In this document: positions 12,637 through 25,360 of the stretch, one piece after another | Position numbering within the stretch: position 1 is the stretch's first letter | How the letters are laid out: the number at the start of each line of letters is the position of its first letter | Assembly: GCA_001643675.2 (NCBI GenBank) | Contig: LSRY02000027.1 | Coordinates: 1,116,001-1,180,000 of the forward strand | Length of the DNA: 64,000 nucleotides | Direction of reading: 5' to 3' | Source of the DNA: Monocercomonoides exilis PA203 | Taxonomy: Eukaryota; Protista; Preaxostyla | Made by a program: the position numbers and the translations under genes | The notes under the pieces: model-generated | Databases searched by the model: none | What the model was told of the DNA's origin: nothing | The model's input: the letters and a program-made list of their open reading frames with translations, nothing else

Positions 12637-13890
12637 AGACCTTAAACGAATTGAGCTGGTCAATTCGAATTGATTAAGTCAAAACGTTTTTTGTCTATTT
12701 TAATGGTTTTGACTCAATCAATTCGGTTTTACCTCAATCTTATTTGTGATCAAAAATACAAAAATTATATATCAATTTTGATCATAATTCTTTGAAGATT
12801 TTTGTGTTTTCTGTCACAGAGCTGTTTGCTTTTATTAATTTTTCAATATGTGTATCATTAATGTATAATTTATATATTTGCGTTAAGTATTTTTATGATC
12901 ATGAAAAATTCATCGAAATTTTTGACACAAGTTTTTTTTAGTTATTTTTGATTTAATAATAAGTTTTTAATGTTCAAACTGTTATTAATTGTTTTGATTA
13001 TGAAGTTAGTATTCATTATTTCGTTGGTTTTGTTTCAGTTTTATTTTGAAAAGATGTTATTTGTTGAACTATTGTTTTTTCATAAAACTTTGTCTGAATT
13101 ATGAACTTTATAATCTATCTTTTTTATTTTTTATATGGGTGATTATTTTTGAAAGCATATTTTTTCATTCAAAATTTTCGGTTTAAAAATTTCTCTTGAA
13201 TATGAACCAGTGAACATTGAAAAGTGAAAAGGATTATCGAAGACATTTTTATCTTTGATTCGGTAATAACATTTATTTTTGAAACAGTTGTGATAATTCA
13301 ACAATTTGAATACAAAAAATCTTCCCAGTGACAAACAACGTTTGAAAAATCGATACCCCGAAAAAAGTTATGATTTCAAAAATAATCACCCATATAGAAA
13401 AGAATTGGTTAAGTGATAAGTGGTTGAAAAATTTTTCAATTCGAATTTCTATCATTGTTTTTTCTGTTTTTTTAAATTTCGTTATATGTTTCCGATTCTT
13501 TTTTGATCATTGAATTTTTTTCTTCAAATCAATCAAAATTTTACAAAATATAAAAAATAAAATGTTTTTAATGAAAAATTTGTTAAAACAAAAAATTAAT
13601 ATTGAATAAAGAATTTTAAAAAAAATCAAAACATAGAATCTTTCGTTTTTTTAAATAAAAAAACATTCACATTATAATATATATGAAATATAATTCATTT
13701 ATTCTTTTAATATTGAAAGATATGAACAACTTAATTTTTGAAACTTTCTATTGATCATGCACCCATAATTGAATCAATTGGTCTTGACTCAATCAAAACG
13801 GTTTTGAGTCTAACTTTTTGGTTTTATATGTCACTTATTGGTATTAGTCGAAGCTAATACCGCATTACTGAGTCATTTCGTTTAAGTTCT
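12637..13890. mobile_element. Non-autonomous PHIS element B
   Basis: TIRs AGACCTTAAACGAA / TTCGTTTAAGTTCT, AGT on both sides, both ends homologous to element A, no coding capacity. Confidence 0.75.
13134..13394. mobile_element. MITE family M1 (261 bp)
   Basis: TIR TATGGGTGATTATTTTTGAAA / TTTCAAAAATAATCACCCATA with TA on both sides; copies at 35139, 36321, 47849. Confidence 0.85.
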
Positions 13891-15587
13891 AGTGAGGGAG
13901 GAAACCCGGGCCGGGGAGGAAATCCAGGCCAGTGATCAGAATAAAAATTTCAGAATATTAATATATGATTTATCCAAAAAAAGACTTCCTTGTTTATTCA
14001 AAATAAAAATATGGATAAAACATATCGAAAATTATTTGGAATGATTGATTACGAAAGTTATGAATAATTATCCACAGGAAATGAAAGAATTAAAAGAAAA
14101 GTCAATTACAAAATTAAAGAAAAAAACATTAAGCAAAAAGTTAAGAATCAGAATCAGAAGCCTTTTAAATCGCTCCGAAATTACTTCCTTCAGGCGCTTT
14201 TGTTGGCTCCACAGAATTCTCGGCACAAGATGGTGGATTTTCCGGTAAATGCTTGAGAACAACTGATTTATCTAAAGGCCAGAGCCCAGTAACTTTCCAC
14301 GATGAGATAATTGTGCTTGGATAGCTGGCCGCTGCCAACCCATCTCGAAGTATTGTTGTGAAAACTTCTCTTTTCTGTGAGGCTGTCGTTGTCTGTCCAC
14401 TTTCTGTTTCTCTAGCAAATACTCTTTTCATATTGGCGAAAATAAACTGATCATTCGGTTGAATGATATGCGATGTGTGAGATGGCAATTTAATCAAATC
14501 CACAAGATTATCTTTACAGAGTCTTTTCATTTCTTCAGTGAAATGTCCAACACAGCCGTCCATAATCAACGCTGCATGCCTGTATTTCTCCCCAATGGCA
14601 ATCCTTTTTTTGATAATTTCTGGAAGAAAGCAGATTCTGAATAATTCAAAAAACAATGATGATGTGACATGTCCAGTTGTCGATGGGAAGAATACTTCTT
14701 GTGAGGTTGTGGCCAACTTGTACTCATCCGGCAAAGTTTTATATGGAATGACTATGGGAGTTAAATATCTGCAGCCATCTGCGCTGCACATGAAGACGAT
14801 TGAAGTTGCAGTTGGAAGAGATGTTTCTGGTGTTATCACTGAAGGCGAGGATGAAGATGAAGCGACTTGATCATTTTTTCTTTTATGAAAAAAGGTTGAG
14901 GTTTCATCGATATTGAATAACAATTGAGGAATCGGTTTTTCCTCGTTAAGATACGATTCGTATAAATCGAAAAAAGGTATTAAAACCTTTCGGCAAGAAT
15001 GAGCGGCCCTTCCGATTGGAAGAGCCTTTGGCTTTGCAAACACAATCTCTGGATGTCTTTGCAAAAACCGTTCCGTCCAGTGCTTGTCCACTGATTTGCA
15101 TTCTTCACCTTCATTCCTTTTCTTTTGCAACATTTCATTTGCCTGTAAATAGAAAAAAATTAAAAAAAAAAATATAAACACATCCATAACAAACCGTTTG
15201 AGTTATGTATTTTTTTGTTGGATATTTACCAATTTTTATTTCGTCAAGAAACAACTGTTTCATTTCCAACTCTTCAGCTTCGTCAAATAATGTGGGCCTA
15301 CCACATTTCCCAATGCTTCTGCCATTGTCCCTTGCTTTGATCGCTTGCTGCAGTGAAGATCTTTTTTAACAAGCCGCTTTTATCAATCTGTCTTTCAGAA
15401 TATTCAAGAATATCGTGAACGTACAAGGCTTTAATGTGTGGATCTCCCAGTGATCTTATTTCACTCGTTGCGTTGACGTGCGTTAAGGAGGGTTTTGTTT
15501 TAAACATTTTGATCTGTAACTTTTTTTATATTTTTTGATCAAAAATGGTCCGGATTTCCTCCACGGCCCGGGTTAACTCCCTTACTA
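13890..15587 (-). mobile_element. pogo-like (Tc1/mariner, DDE_1) transposon P1 with about 41-bp TIRs
   Basis: Left TAGTGAGGGAGGAAACCCGGGCCGGGGAGGAAATCCAGGCC versus reverse complement of right TAGTAAGGGAGTTAACCCGGGCCGTGGAGGAAATCCGGACC; TA follows the right end. Confidence 0.9.
14165..15507 (-). pseudogene. pogo-like DDD transposase: exon 1 frameshifted, intron about 15144-15190, exon 2 open
   Basis: GRP motif, W.ERFLQRHP, FNIDET, LIMDGCVGH, LPSHTSHIIQPNDQ. Confidence 0.9.
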
Positions 15588-16099
15588 TATATTGCGGGTC
15601 TTATACCCGGGAATAATTCCCTTTTTAATTATTATATCAGATCAAGAAAAAATAAATCCCATTTTCATTTTTAAGAAAAACGTTCTTTGTGAGTTTTCTT
15701 GCATATATAAACAAATTTGAGTGAAACAAGTCAAATCTCAACAGTTCATTTGGGTGTTAGTTATATTCTTTCTTTATTTTATTTGCTAACTTCTTATTCT
15801 TTGATAATTGCTTTTTCATATTTTTCTTACAATAATTCGATGAATCCAAACTAATGCAATAATAATAGATGTGAATATTCATCATAATTCATGTTGGAGA
15901 ATGCACAAATAAGTATTTGCGAAAAAAAACAAGTTTATTAAGTTTTAATTGTTTTCATATCATTATTAAGTTTGGAATAAAATATTCTCATTGATAGAAA
16001 AATATTCGCTTATATAAATGTTTTTATTGATTTTTTCGTTACGAATTCTTTCCAGTTTTAAGCAATCAAAAGTCTTTACTGAAATGTGCTAGCGGGAAA

Positions 16100-18632
16100 G
16101 TTGAAAATCCAATATGCGATCATTTCGCCTGTGAGATAACAAGTCTCTTAATCATAAACACGTTATTGTGCATGACCCATCTCAACATCATCCCTCTCGG
16201 CTGTTGTCCACTCCTCACTGTCCAACACCACTCCGCTGCCTCCATCTGCTCCTCCACTTGCACCTTCCAACCACCTTCACTCAACAACTACAATCACAAA
16301 CACCACTCACTCTTCCTCTCTGCACACAGCTCTCTCTCCCTCACGAACTTCTCCCTCCTCATCCCTCAACCGGCCATCCTCTCCTTCCCCTTCTTCTCCA
16401 CCCCAAACAATCTCCTCCCGGATGCCCATTCCCTTATCCCTGCCTCCTTCTCCATCTCCCACTCCTCTTTCTCCTCATTCATTCTCTTCTTCCACCTCTT
16501 CCTCTTCTTCTGCCATCTGTCCCTCTTCTTCACTCACCCCATCTCCCGGATATGCTGACAGCCACTTTTCCTTCACTCCCTCTAAGCAGTCAAACTAACA
16601 CAACTTTCACTCTGCCTTCCTCAGCTCCCTCTCTGCGTATAAGTCATTCTCTGTACATGCTGCTGCATCTCATATCAGAAAATCTGTGGATTCTTATTCG
16701 TAAAGTTGGCTGCAGCCAATCCCTCCAACACCTTCAGACAGAATTGAACGCATTGACGGAGCAGTGGCAGTTTTCGAGAAACTTAGCGAGGTCAACGAGG
16801 CACGAAGTCCGTGTTTAAAGGCACGCACAAAACAGTTAGATTATTAATATGAAAAGATCACAACACTCTCTATGCTTTCAGCAGAAGATGGACATTGCAG
16901 TGTAGATAGAAAAAGAAATTCTTCTTCATCATCATTCAATACATCATTATCACTTCCTTATTAACCTATTTGTTCTCTGACCTTTTCTTTTCATCAGATT
17001 TGAGAGCTGTTGGTGATACAACACAAGTTCTGAAACACAGGTACATATGCAGCTGTCTCTGCCACAACTTCCCTGCCTCTGTCTGTCCTCCTCTCTTCCC
17101 CCGTCATCTGTCAGCCTGCCCTCTTCCCTCTCCTCTCTCCACTCGTCAAGGATATCGAGCTGCTGGTCACTCCAATCCTCTCATTTGCATCACAGCAGAA
17201 GGAGAGCAGAGCAGGCAAGACAGCCAAGTTGCACGGCATGAACACCACAAACAGTAGCCAGCTGCCCTCTCAGCTGCTCAGCAGTGCTGGCTGGATGCTC
17301 ATCGGCGACTGCATTCGGAAGATCAACGAGGTGGACAGCGCAGCCCCATCGTCTCTGATGCCGACGATGATGGACGAAGGTTTCATCACAAGCTGCCCGC
17401 AGAATGCATTCAATCTGCAGGTCGATGCAATCAACCAGATACTGTCTCCACTTGCATTTCACAAGGAGATGACTTCTTTGGCACAGAAGAGGCTGGCGTT
17501 GAAAAGCAGTGCTTTGGGTTATCCACAGCCTGCTTCATCATCTTTATCTCTTCCACAAACAACGATGTATCTTCCACTTTTTTCTTTTAATGCTCTTATC
17601 CCCTTTTTCAATTTCACATTCATTTCCCAGTACTGCTCCATTTCTTCTGTCCGTGACATCCTCTTCCTCCTCTCCAACTCTATCAAACAAGCCTCCTTCG
17701 AGCACAGCATCATCAGTGCTGCCAAAAAGAGGAGCTTTCCTGCTTCCGTTCTTCCTCCTGACATGCTTTCTCTCCTCGACACAGAAGGTGACTTTGCAGA
17801 GAGAAAGGACTTTTTCTCGACTGAAGAAGAAGGAGAGCTTAAAAGAGCACTTTGAAATGAAGATTCACTCTTGTTAAATTTGCTGTGAATGTCCTCAGAA
17901 ATTATGGTGTGCGATTCAGATGAAAATGGATGTGACTTCATGTGCTCCCACAATGTCTGTGGAGTGAGAAATTTCCATTCAAACCCCACTCTTTTCAGTC
18001 AAAAATGCAATTCACATCAAACAAATAAGAATCAAACAGGAAGAAACAATTCTTCATCTGAGATGAGCATCAATCCATTTTCTGATCCCTCCAACGAGAT
18101 TATCGTTCCCTCTGAGTCGCAGAAGCAGCCTAAAGGAACAGTCGGAAGCTTTCTGTTTTTGGCAGACAAGAATGGAATGGACTGATTTCGCAAAGCGGCT
18201 GTAGTGTCAAGGCAGCAGATGATGTTCATGGAGCAAATAACAGTGAGTGTGAACTATGCGGATAGGAGAACACGCTCATCATCTTTGCCTCTTTCTTCAC
18301 TTACACCTCATTAGGAGCAGAATTCTGTATCTTCATTGAGTGCAGTCCAACAGAAATCAGATGCTGTTTCATCATCATCAGCAGCAGTTGAGCTCTCATC
18401 TTTTTCTGTACCAATTCCACCTCCGCTCACTTCTGCTGACACCTCCACCCAATCTACTCCTTCACTATCTCTTTTGGCACCTTCTGTATCTCCTTCTTTA
18501 TCTCCTTCTCCTCCACCTCCTCAGCTTCCTTCCTTCAGCTCTTCCATCAACCAGCTGGCTTTGCAGCTTCTGAACCCTTTAAATCCTTCTGTTTCAAACC
18601 CAGTTTCATTCACCAACGAAAATTTGTTTTAG
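16100..18632 (+). pseudogene. Ser/Pro-rich multi-exon gene or pseudogene, unknown function
   Basis: GC-richer segment with successive plus-strand ORFs (17229-17855, 17889-18185, 18336-18632), putative introns and stops. Confidence 0.45.
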
Positions 18633-18799
18633 TGAAATGTGTTAATCATATTTATCTGTCAAAGTTTTCCAAAGAAATTTGCAGAAAACATGAACACTTC
18701 TTCAAGTTGAAAAATGAAAATTATCGATTGGAATTTTCTTTCAACAAGAATTATTGAATTATTTCTATGGAAACGAATAAAAGAACCTTTATCAAATCA

Positions 18800-20571
18800 T
18801 TGTTGATATTCCACCTTTGCTTTGTTTTTGTGATGATGAAAAAATGGATGAATATTTGGAAAAGGAAGATCGTGGAGAAGATTCAAGCCAAAAGGCTGTG
18901 GAAGGAGAGAATGATTCAATGACGCTTGATAACCATGACATTGTAATCAATGCAGTCGACAGGGAGGAGAAGTTGCTTGAATTGTTGGATGCAATGGAAT
19001 CGATGAAGCTTAGGCCTTCAGATTTATTCAAGAACGGATTAGTTTCGAAAAGCAGCTTCTGTCGTGCTGCAAAGGCAAGGAAGGAAGGAAGGTACATTTA
19101 CAGAATAGGAAGACCCCCCAATTCTGAACAATTGATACAAAACTACATTCTTCTCTAATTTTAAAGATAAAATACAACTTAGTGCCTTTCCGTGTGCAAG
19201 ACAAGTGAAAGACTTAGTTGGATTTTTCTTTCTTTCTTTTTTTTAAGTTTTGTGTTCATATATTTTTGCTTGTATTTATAAGGCAATCGAAGTGATAGCC
19301 GAAGATCAACACAAGCCAACTCAGAGCTTTCATGTGTGCCGCACTTTGCCATATTCCTTTATCAAGTCGAATGAGGACCTTTTCTTTGTTCATCCCATTC
19401 ATTTGCCAGCAGCGAGAGCTGCTCATTCCACAAAGGAATGTCTTTTTCCTTGGTTTGAAAAAGTTCGACATTTGTATTATGAGCATCAGTTCAAATCGGA
19501 ACTTATTTTTAATCTGGACGAAGTGTTTATTACAACTCCTGAAGTCAAGCCAAGCCTTGTTGTTGCTTCAAACAAAAATGATGTATGCATGACGCCAGAG
19601 CCATCGCTCCCAGCAGGCATCTCAGGGCTCTTCATGGTTTCAGCAGATGGAGTAAGTTATCCAGCTATTTTCAAAATCAGAGCAAAAAAACTACCAAAGG
19701 AATACTCTGACGCTACTGAACACTCATTACGTTTCACGGTTGATGACACTCCCTCAATGACTGCAGAAAGCTCCGGTTCTTTTTCGAAAAAGCGATTGTT
19801 CCGTTTATGATCCAAAGAAGAAAATTCGTCAAATGAAAAGAAGAGCATTGTTTACTATTCATGGATTCACTTGCTGCATATTTGTCAAGGAATATCATAC
19901 AATGTGCGAAGGACAACAGAATTGATCTATGCTTTCCTCCTTCACATACTTCTCATTTTATTCAACCTTTGGATCTCTACGTCAATGCCAATTTTAAAAA
20001 TTCTCTCAGAATAACTGATAACGAAACTCATGAACCTAATGCGAGTAGTGAAAGGAGAAACTTTGTTTAAAAACTGAGAAATGCATTACATGCTGCATTT
20101 AGTCCCTCCACAATCACAGCTTCATTCAGAGATGCAGGCATCTTGCCTTTCAACCCTGATATTGTGCTATCCAAGCTTCCAGAGAAAAAGCCTGAGTGGG
20201 CAAGAGTATCTTCAAAAATCATGGTTCCTCAATTGCTTTATTTCAATGGAAGAATTTTTTAATCAACAGACCCAATGGCCCCTTATGATGAAGGAGTTCA
20301 TCCATATTTTTTTTAATTTTCATGTTTAATAACATTTTCAAACTGTATTTTTTTTTTATGTTTAATAAATATTTTTAATGTTCAATATTTTGTTTTAATG
20401 TTTTATATTTTATAATGTTTTATTTCAATAAAAAGAAAACAAATGACAGTTGATTTTTTCTCATTTGTTTTCAGAACAGATATCGTTCATATTTGAAATA
20501 AAATCAATTATTAAATAACGAAAAAAATAAAGTTCCGGGTTTATGACATGTCCCGGATTTTTTTCACACTG
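18800..20571 (+). mobile_element. pogo-like element P2 (frameshifted transposase, right TIR about 20533-20571)
   Basis: IGRPP, FNLDE, FMDSLAAY, FPPSHTSHFIQPLD; end ...CCCGGATTTTTTTCACACTG. Confidence 0.85.
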
Positions 20572-20577
20572 TTATAT

Positions 20578-23488
20578 GGAATCAAAACGATATGGGAATA
20601 TCATAAGGTTTTGCAAAAATCAAAGCATTTTAGATCTTTCTATTTCGTCGTGATTAATTCAAAACGGTTGTGGTTTTATCTCGACGGGCCGTATCACGGA
20701 TTTATGAAAATAATGTTTGTTGATCACATATTTTTTTTTTCTTTCCATTTCTTTTAAATAACGTTTCAAATATATGCAACATTAAGATATGTTTTATGTT
20801 ATTGTGTTTTGGAAAAATAAAAATGATCATTAAACTCATGTTTTTTTCAGATCTTATGATTTTTTGAAGACATCATTTTTTTCACTTAAAAGGACGAAAA
20901 CATCATCTTTAAGCGGAATTTAAATTAAATTTGCTTTTTTAATGAAAGTGTCTGCGAAACAGAGATTTTCAGCAATGTTTTTTACCAATAAAAAACTTTT
21001 GCTTTGGATATCACTAATAACATTTTTTTCATATCATTTTTGGTTCTAAACGTGCAATGAAGTTATATTTTTTATGTTATTTTTTCTAACAATAATCGTT
21101 TTTTAAAATAATTGTTTGTTGTTTATTATGTTAAATAATTGATGAAAAATATTCAAAAAAAAGATGGGAAAACTTTTGGAGAAAAAACAAACGTAATTCA
21201 TAAAAAAATTTATGAAAAGAAATTAATTCCGATAAAAAATATATAAAGGACAATTTTTTTAAGAACTGTTAACATTCAAAATACATTCGAGAACAGTTTG
21301 CTTGTGTTGGTATTGTTTCGAACTGGGCACTTTTTGGTTTTTGCAGGATTTTGCTGGTGCTTTTGCAATACACAAACAATCGTTATCAGGAGTCTGGCTG
21401 TGTTCTGTTTGATTTAACTAAGTGGAAGAAGGAGGATGGATAGAGGAAGTGTGATAGGGTTTTATTCTTTGAAGGCATTAATTGTTCCAGATTGAGAGAT
21501 CGTGGTTGCGATAATGAACTTGAAGGTTTTTGCTTTCCCATTGTTGGTTGAGACGAATGAAAACTTGGATGAGTTTCAATTGAACTTGACGTTGATGGAA
21601 GAGAAGAAATTGAAGTTGGAGAAGAAGTTAATTGAGAGGTATTAGTGGAAATTACTCCCTCATTCATAAATGTTTCTTGTGATGATTGTAACTCAGATGA
21701 ATGAGAATGTGTTGTTTGATCCGAAATAAGAATTGTTATTGGAGGTTGTGGAAATGCAGATGAAGCTGGTTGAGTTGTTGGTGAAGATGAGGTTTCATTT
21801 GAAGAAGAAGAAAGGTTTTGTATAGGTGGGAATAGAACAGAAGAAGAATTAGCTGATGCTAAAGTTCAAAAAGAAGAATTATATGAAGAAAAAAGTTGCT
21901 TGGGTAGACTTCCATTGATTAGGAAGCAGCCATTTAAAAGAATTATCAATATCATCGGAAACAAAACCTTCATCGCTTTCAGAAATCGATGAAATTCGAC
22001 TATCTTCATTCATTGCAAAAACAACTTTCTGATCTTCGCTGCTTTTGCCTTTTTTCTCTTTGATCTGTGTTTGAGGTTCAGTTGTTGCATCAGCTGAATA
22101 AAAAAATTAATATGGTATGTGAAAAAAATAAAAATGAAATTGTTCATATAAAAAAAAGTCAATATGGGAAAAATATAAAAATTCAAACTATCTTCAAGTG
22201 CGTGAAAAGATGTTACACTTGAAGAAGGAATTGAACTGGGGTTCAATCGATAAAGCAATCTGGCTCTGTATTTTTCATTTGCTTGTTCCTTTTTCTGTCT
22301 TTTTTCCTCAACTTTTGTAATAAGATCAGAAAGGAAAAGTTGATTAGCCTCAAAATCTGCCTCCGATAATAGATTTTGCAGTATGTGATGATTTGTTTAA
22401 CAGCACGCAACGTAAAAGTGTTCAGCAATTGAAGAAATTTTTAAGGGCCAAGGTCGACGAAATATTGTAAATAATGTTTTCATACGACCAAAAAAGCGTT
22501 CGACGATTACTATATGTGCTGCAAGCTCTGGTGTCCCAACAGGTTTGATAATTATTGCTCCCAATTCACTTTATGCACAAATAGAAGCCGAATCTGCCAT
22601 GATTTTTCCTCCTTCCAAACGTACTGCGAACTGAGAGAAATGCTCACAAAACACGACATAGTCGTGAACTGCTCCGCCATGAACCTTGCTGATAGTACTT
22701 GCAGTTCCTGTTTTTGGATTCACTCCCACTTCAACTTTAACACAATTAATTTTGTGCTTTCCACTGAAACAATCACTTCCACAATTAAATTCTTTTCCTG
22801 TTTTGTTTGCCGGTAAAACTGTACAGTCTAAAACAAGTGCCACCTCCTCCATTCCACGAATTCTGTCTGGTCGAAACGTGAGAAACACATCAGATAAAGA
22901 AACTTTGATAGATTTCAAGATCGAATAAATTGGATGAAGAGTCGCATCTTGCGTTAAAAGAAAAGATGAGGTGATGAGATGAGAAACAGTTGGTGATCCA
23001 AAATGAAAATAATTAAATAACAAGAAAAAATGATCGTCCAATTTTTCTATAACTCTGCGTTTTCCCGGATGAGGGTATATCTCAGGTTGAACAAGACGAA
23101 CAAGAAGATCAAACTCACTCTTTGTGATACCAGTCATTCTGAAAAAGCCCAAATCTTTGTTGGTGAATTTGGACAATGCGTTTTCTATCAATGACAGTTT
23201 CTTTTCTTCCTCTTTTTGGTGAGTAATTTTCGGAAGAACATTTCTTTCTTCGACATGAGCAAAATTTTCCAAAAAATTAGGTTGACTCATTTTCAGAATA
23301 AGATAGAAAGAATTGATCGAATGAATACATTATTTGGAAAAATTTTTGTGATCCCATTGTCCCACTTTTGATTTAATTCATTGTGAACAAATCAAAACGT
23401 TTAATCTTTGACTTTTTTGTTTTAGCACTTGATAAAAAGAGGTTGATAAATACAATTACTATTGACGATAACACAACGTTTAAGTTCT
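20578..23488 (-). mobile_element. PHIS element C with transposase pseudogene (about 21380-23290)
   Basis: ORF 22571..23290 with FFRMTG, VLDCT, GAVHD, MADSA; VERFF in a shifted frame; right end CGTTTAAGTTCT+AAT; degenerate left end GGAATCAAAACGA. Confidence 0.8.
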
Positions 23489-23489
23489 A

Positions 23490-25150
23490 ATGTTTTCATT
23501 TAACCGGTTATTTGTTTTTTAATGGGAATATTGATTTAAATGATCTACTGATTAAAATGAACATTTTGTTTTGGTTTATTCGGAATTTTATGATCAATCA
23601 AAAGTTTTGTTTTACATGAGCATGGAAGAAGATCGAGATGGTTTGAGTTTTATTTTTCTTTGAAACTTGATTATTGTTTTTAAGTTGATTTTTCGAGAGT
23701 TATTAAGTTGCTTGAAGATGCAGAATACAGTCGTTATGAAAACAAAATCGAATGATGCGCACACATATTTATTGATCATGGAATAAAGAAACGCATAATT
23801 GTTTCGGCAGAATTAATAAACAGAAGCGCTCTCAATAGAGCAATTGAAGCTGTCAAAGATGGGAGAGATTGCTTTGTTAAAGACAGGCCTCCTGCTTTGA
23901 ACAAAGAAAAAACTGCAATATTCAAAGAAGAACTTTCTAATTTCTTTAGGGACGATAAACACAAAACAATGAAGGAGGCTCGATTGTTGGTTTGGGTTAT
24001 TATGTGTTTTAGGTCTTTTATTGTCACAAAATTGTTTTTTTTTTCAAACTGATTTTTTTTTTATTGTCTTTCAGGCTTCAAGCCTTATTCAAAACAAACC
24101 AAAAGAGGAAATTATTGACCATTCAGTTTGTCGCTCTTGGGCTTACAACGTTATCATAAAAAGTGAAGATCTATTATTTAAAACACCTGTTCATATTCCA
24201 GCGGCACGAATTGCTCACAGCACTCAAGACTGTATTGGAAGATGGTTTGATCGAATGGAAAAACATTATAACGATCACAATTTCCTTCAACAACTCGTGT
24301 TCAATCCTGATGAATGTTTTATTTCAAGCGAAGAGAGAAAAATTCCAAAAGTTAATTCAATGACCGATGCTCTTTCACCAATGCAAAGGCCGCAATCACA
24401 TCCCTTAAATACATCTTTATTGATTATAATTGCAACAGACAGAACTCAGCAAAGGACATGAATGATACTTTTTGGAAAAGATGTTCTTAAGGAATGCAAA
24501 ATGGTGAACAATTGAGAATTGTTCATTATTCCTGCTGTAAGTGCTTTTTTGACAAAATAAAAATTTAAAAATATTTTTTTGATTCCGTCATTCCAGCAAT
24601 CAAATATAGAAGAAGAGGAATTGAAGAAAAATTAATAAATGCGTTTATTCATATGGACTTCATTCATTCTCATGAAACTTCATTTATGATTAGCTTGGAA
24701 TCAAAGCATTGAATTGATTTGGCTCTTCCTCCTTCGCATTCATCTCATCTCATTCAACCGTTAGACAAATATGTTAACTCCAACTTGAAAAGCAAAGTGA
24801 AGATAGTGATAATGATATTTTCTTGACTTTGCAGAAGGAAGAAGAACACATTTTATCTTGAGGCTGCAGATCGCATTGCATCATGCGTTGTCCCCTGCAA
24901 CAGTCATTGCTTCTCGGAGGGATTCAGGAATGTGGCCACTTAACATAAAACTCGTGTGCGATTCCCTTCCATTAAAAAAACCTGACAATGTTATTGTTTC
25001 TCCTTTCTTTATGGACAGAACAAAAGAATCTTTTCGTTGAAGAATTTGTTTATCTTCAAATCCATTTACCCCATTTTCAAATGGATTAACTTCATTCATG
25101 ACACTTTAATTTATCTTTATCTTTTTTTCATTTCATATATGAAAATAACT
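23490..25150 (+). pseudogene. pogo-like element P3, degenerate
   Basis: DRPPA, AARIAHST, FNPDE, LPPSHSSHLIQPLD, SGMWPLN; many frameshifts. Confidence 0.8.
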
Positions 25151-25360
25151 TAGTTGAATTGTTGACAAATATTGAATAACAAGTTTTTTTATAAATTTTT
25201 TTCTTGATTATGAAAAGATTCTCTGTGAAAAAAATTGCATTATTTAATATATTTCGATACAAAGTATCACACAAAGTTGGAATTGTAATTTCAAATCAGA
25301 ATGCCCATATGCAAATCTGATGTTCGGTTTTTTGAAAATGTCCGGATATTTGAAAGACTG

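Noticed and set aside
12521-13893. Direct repeats at 12521 and 13779 as LTRs
   Set aside because: They are the right ends of tandem TIR elements; no TG..CA termini, gag or RT
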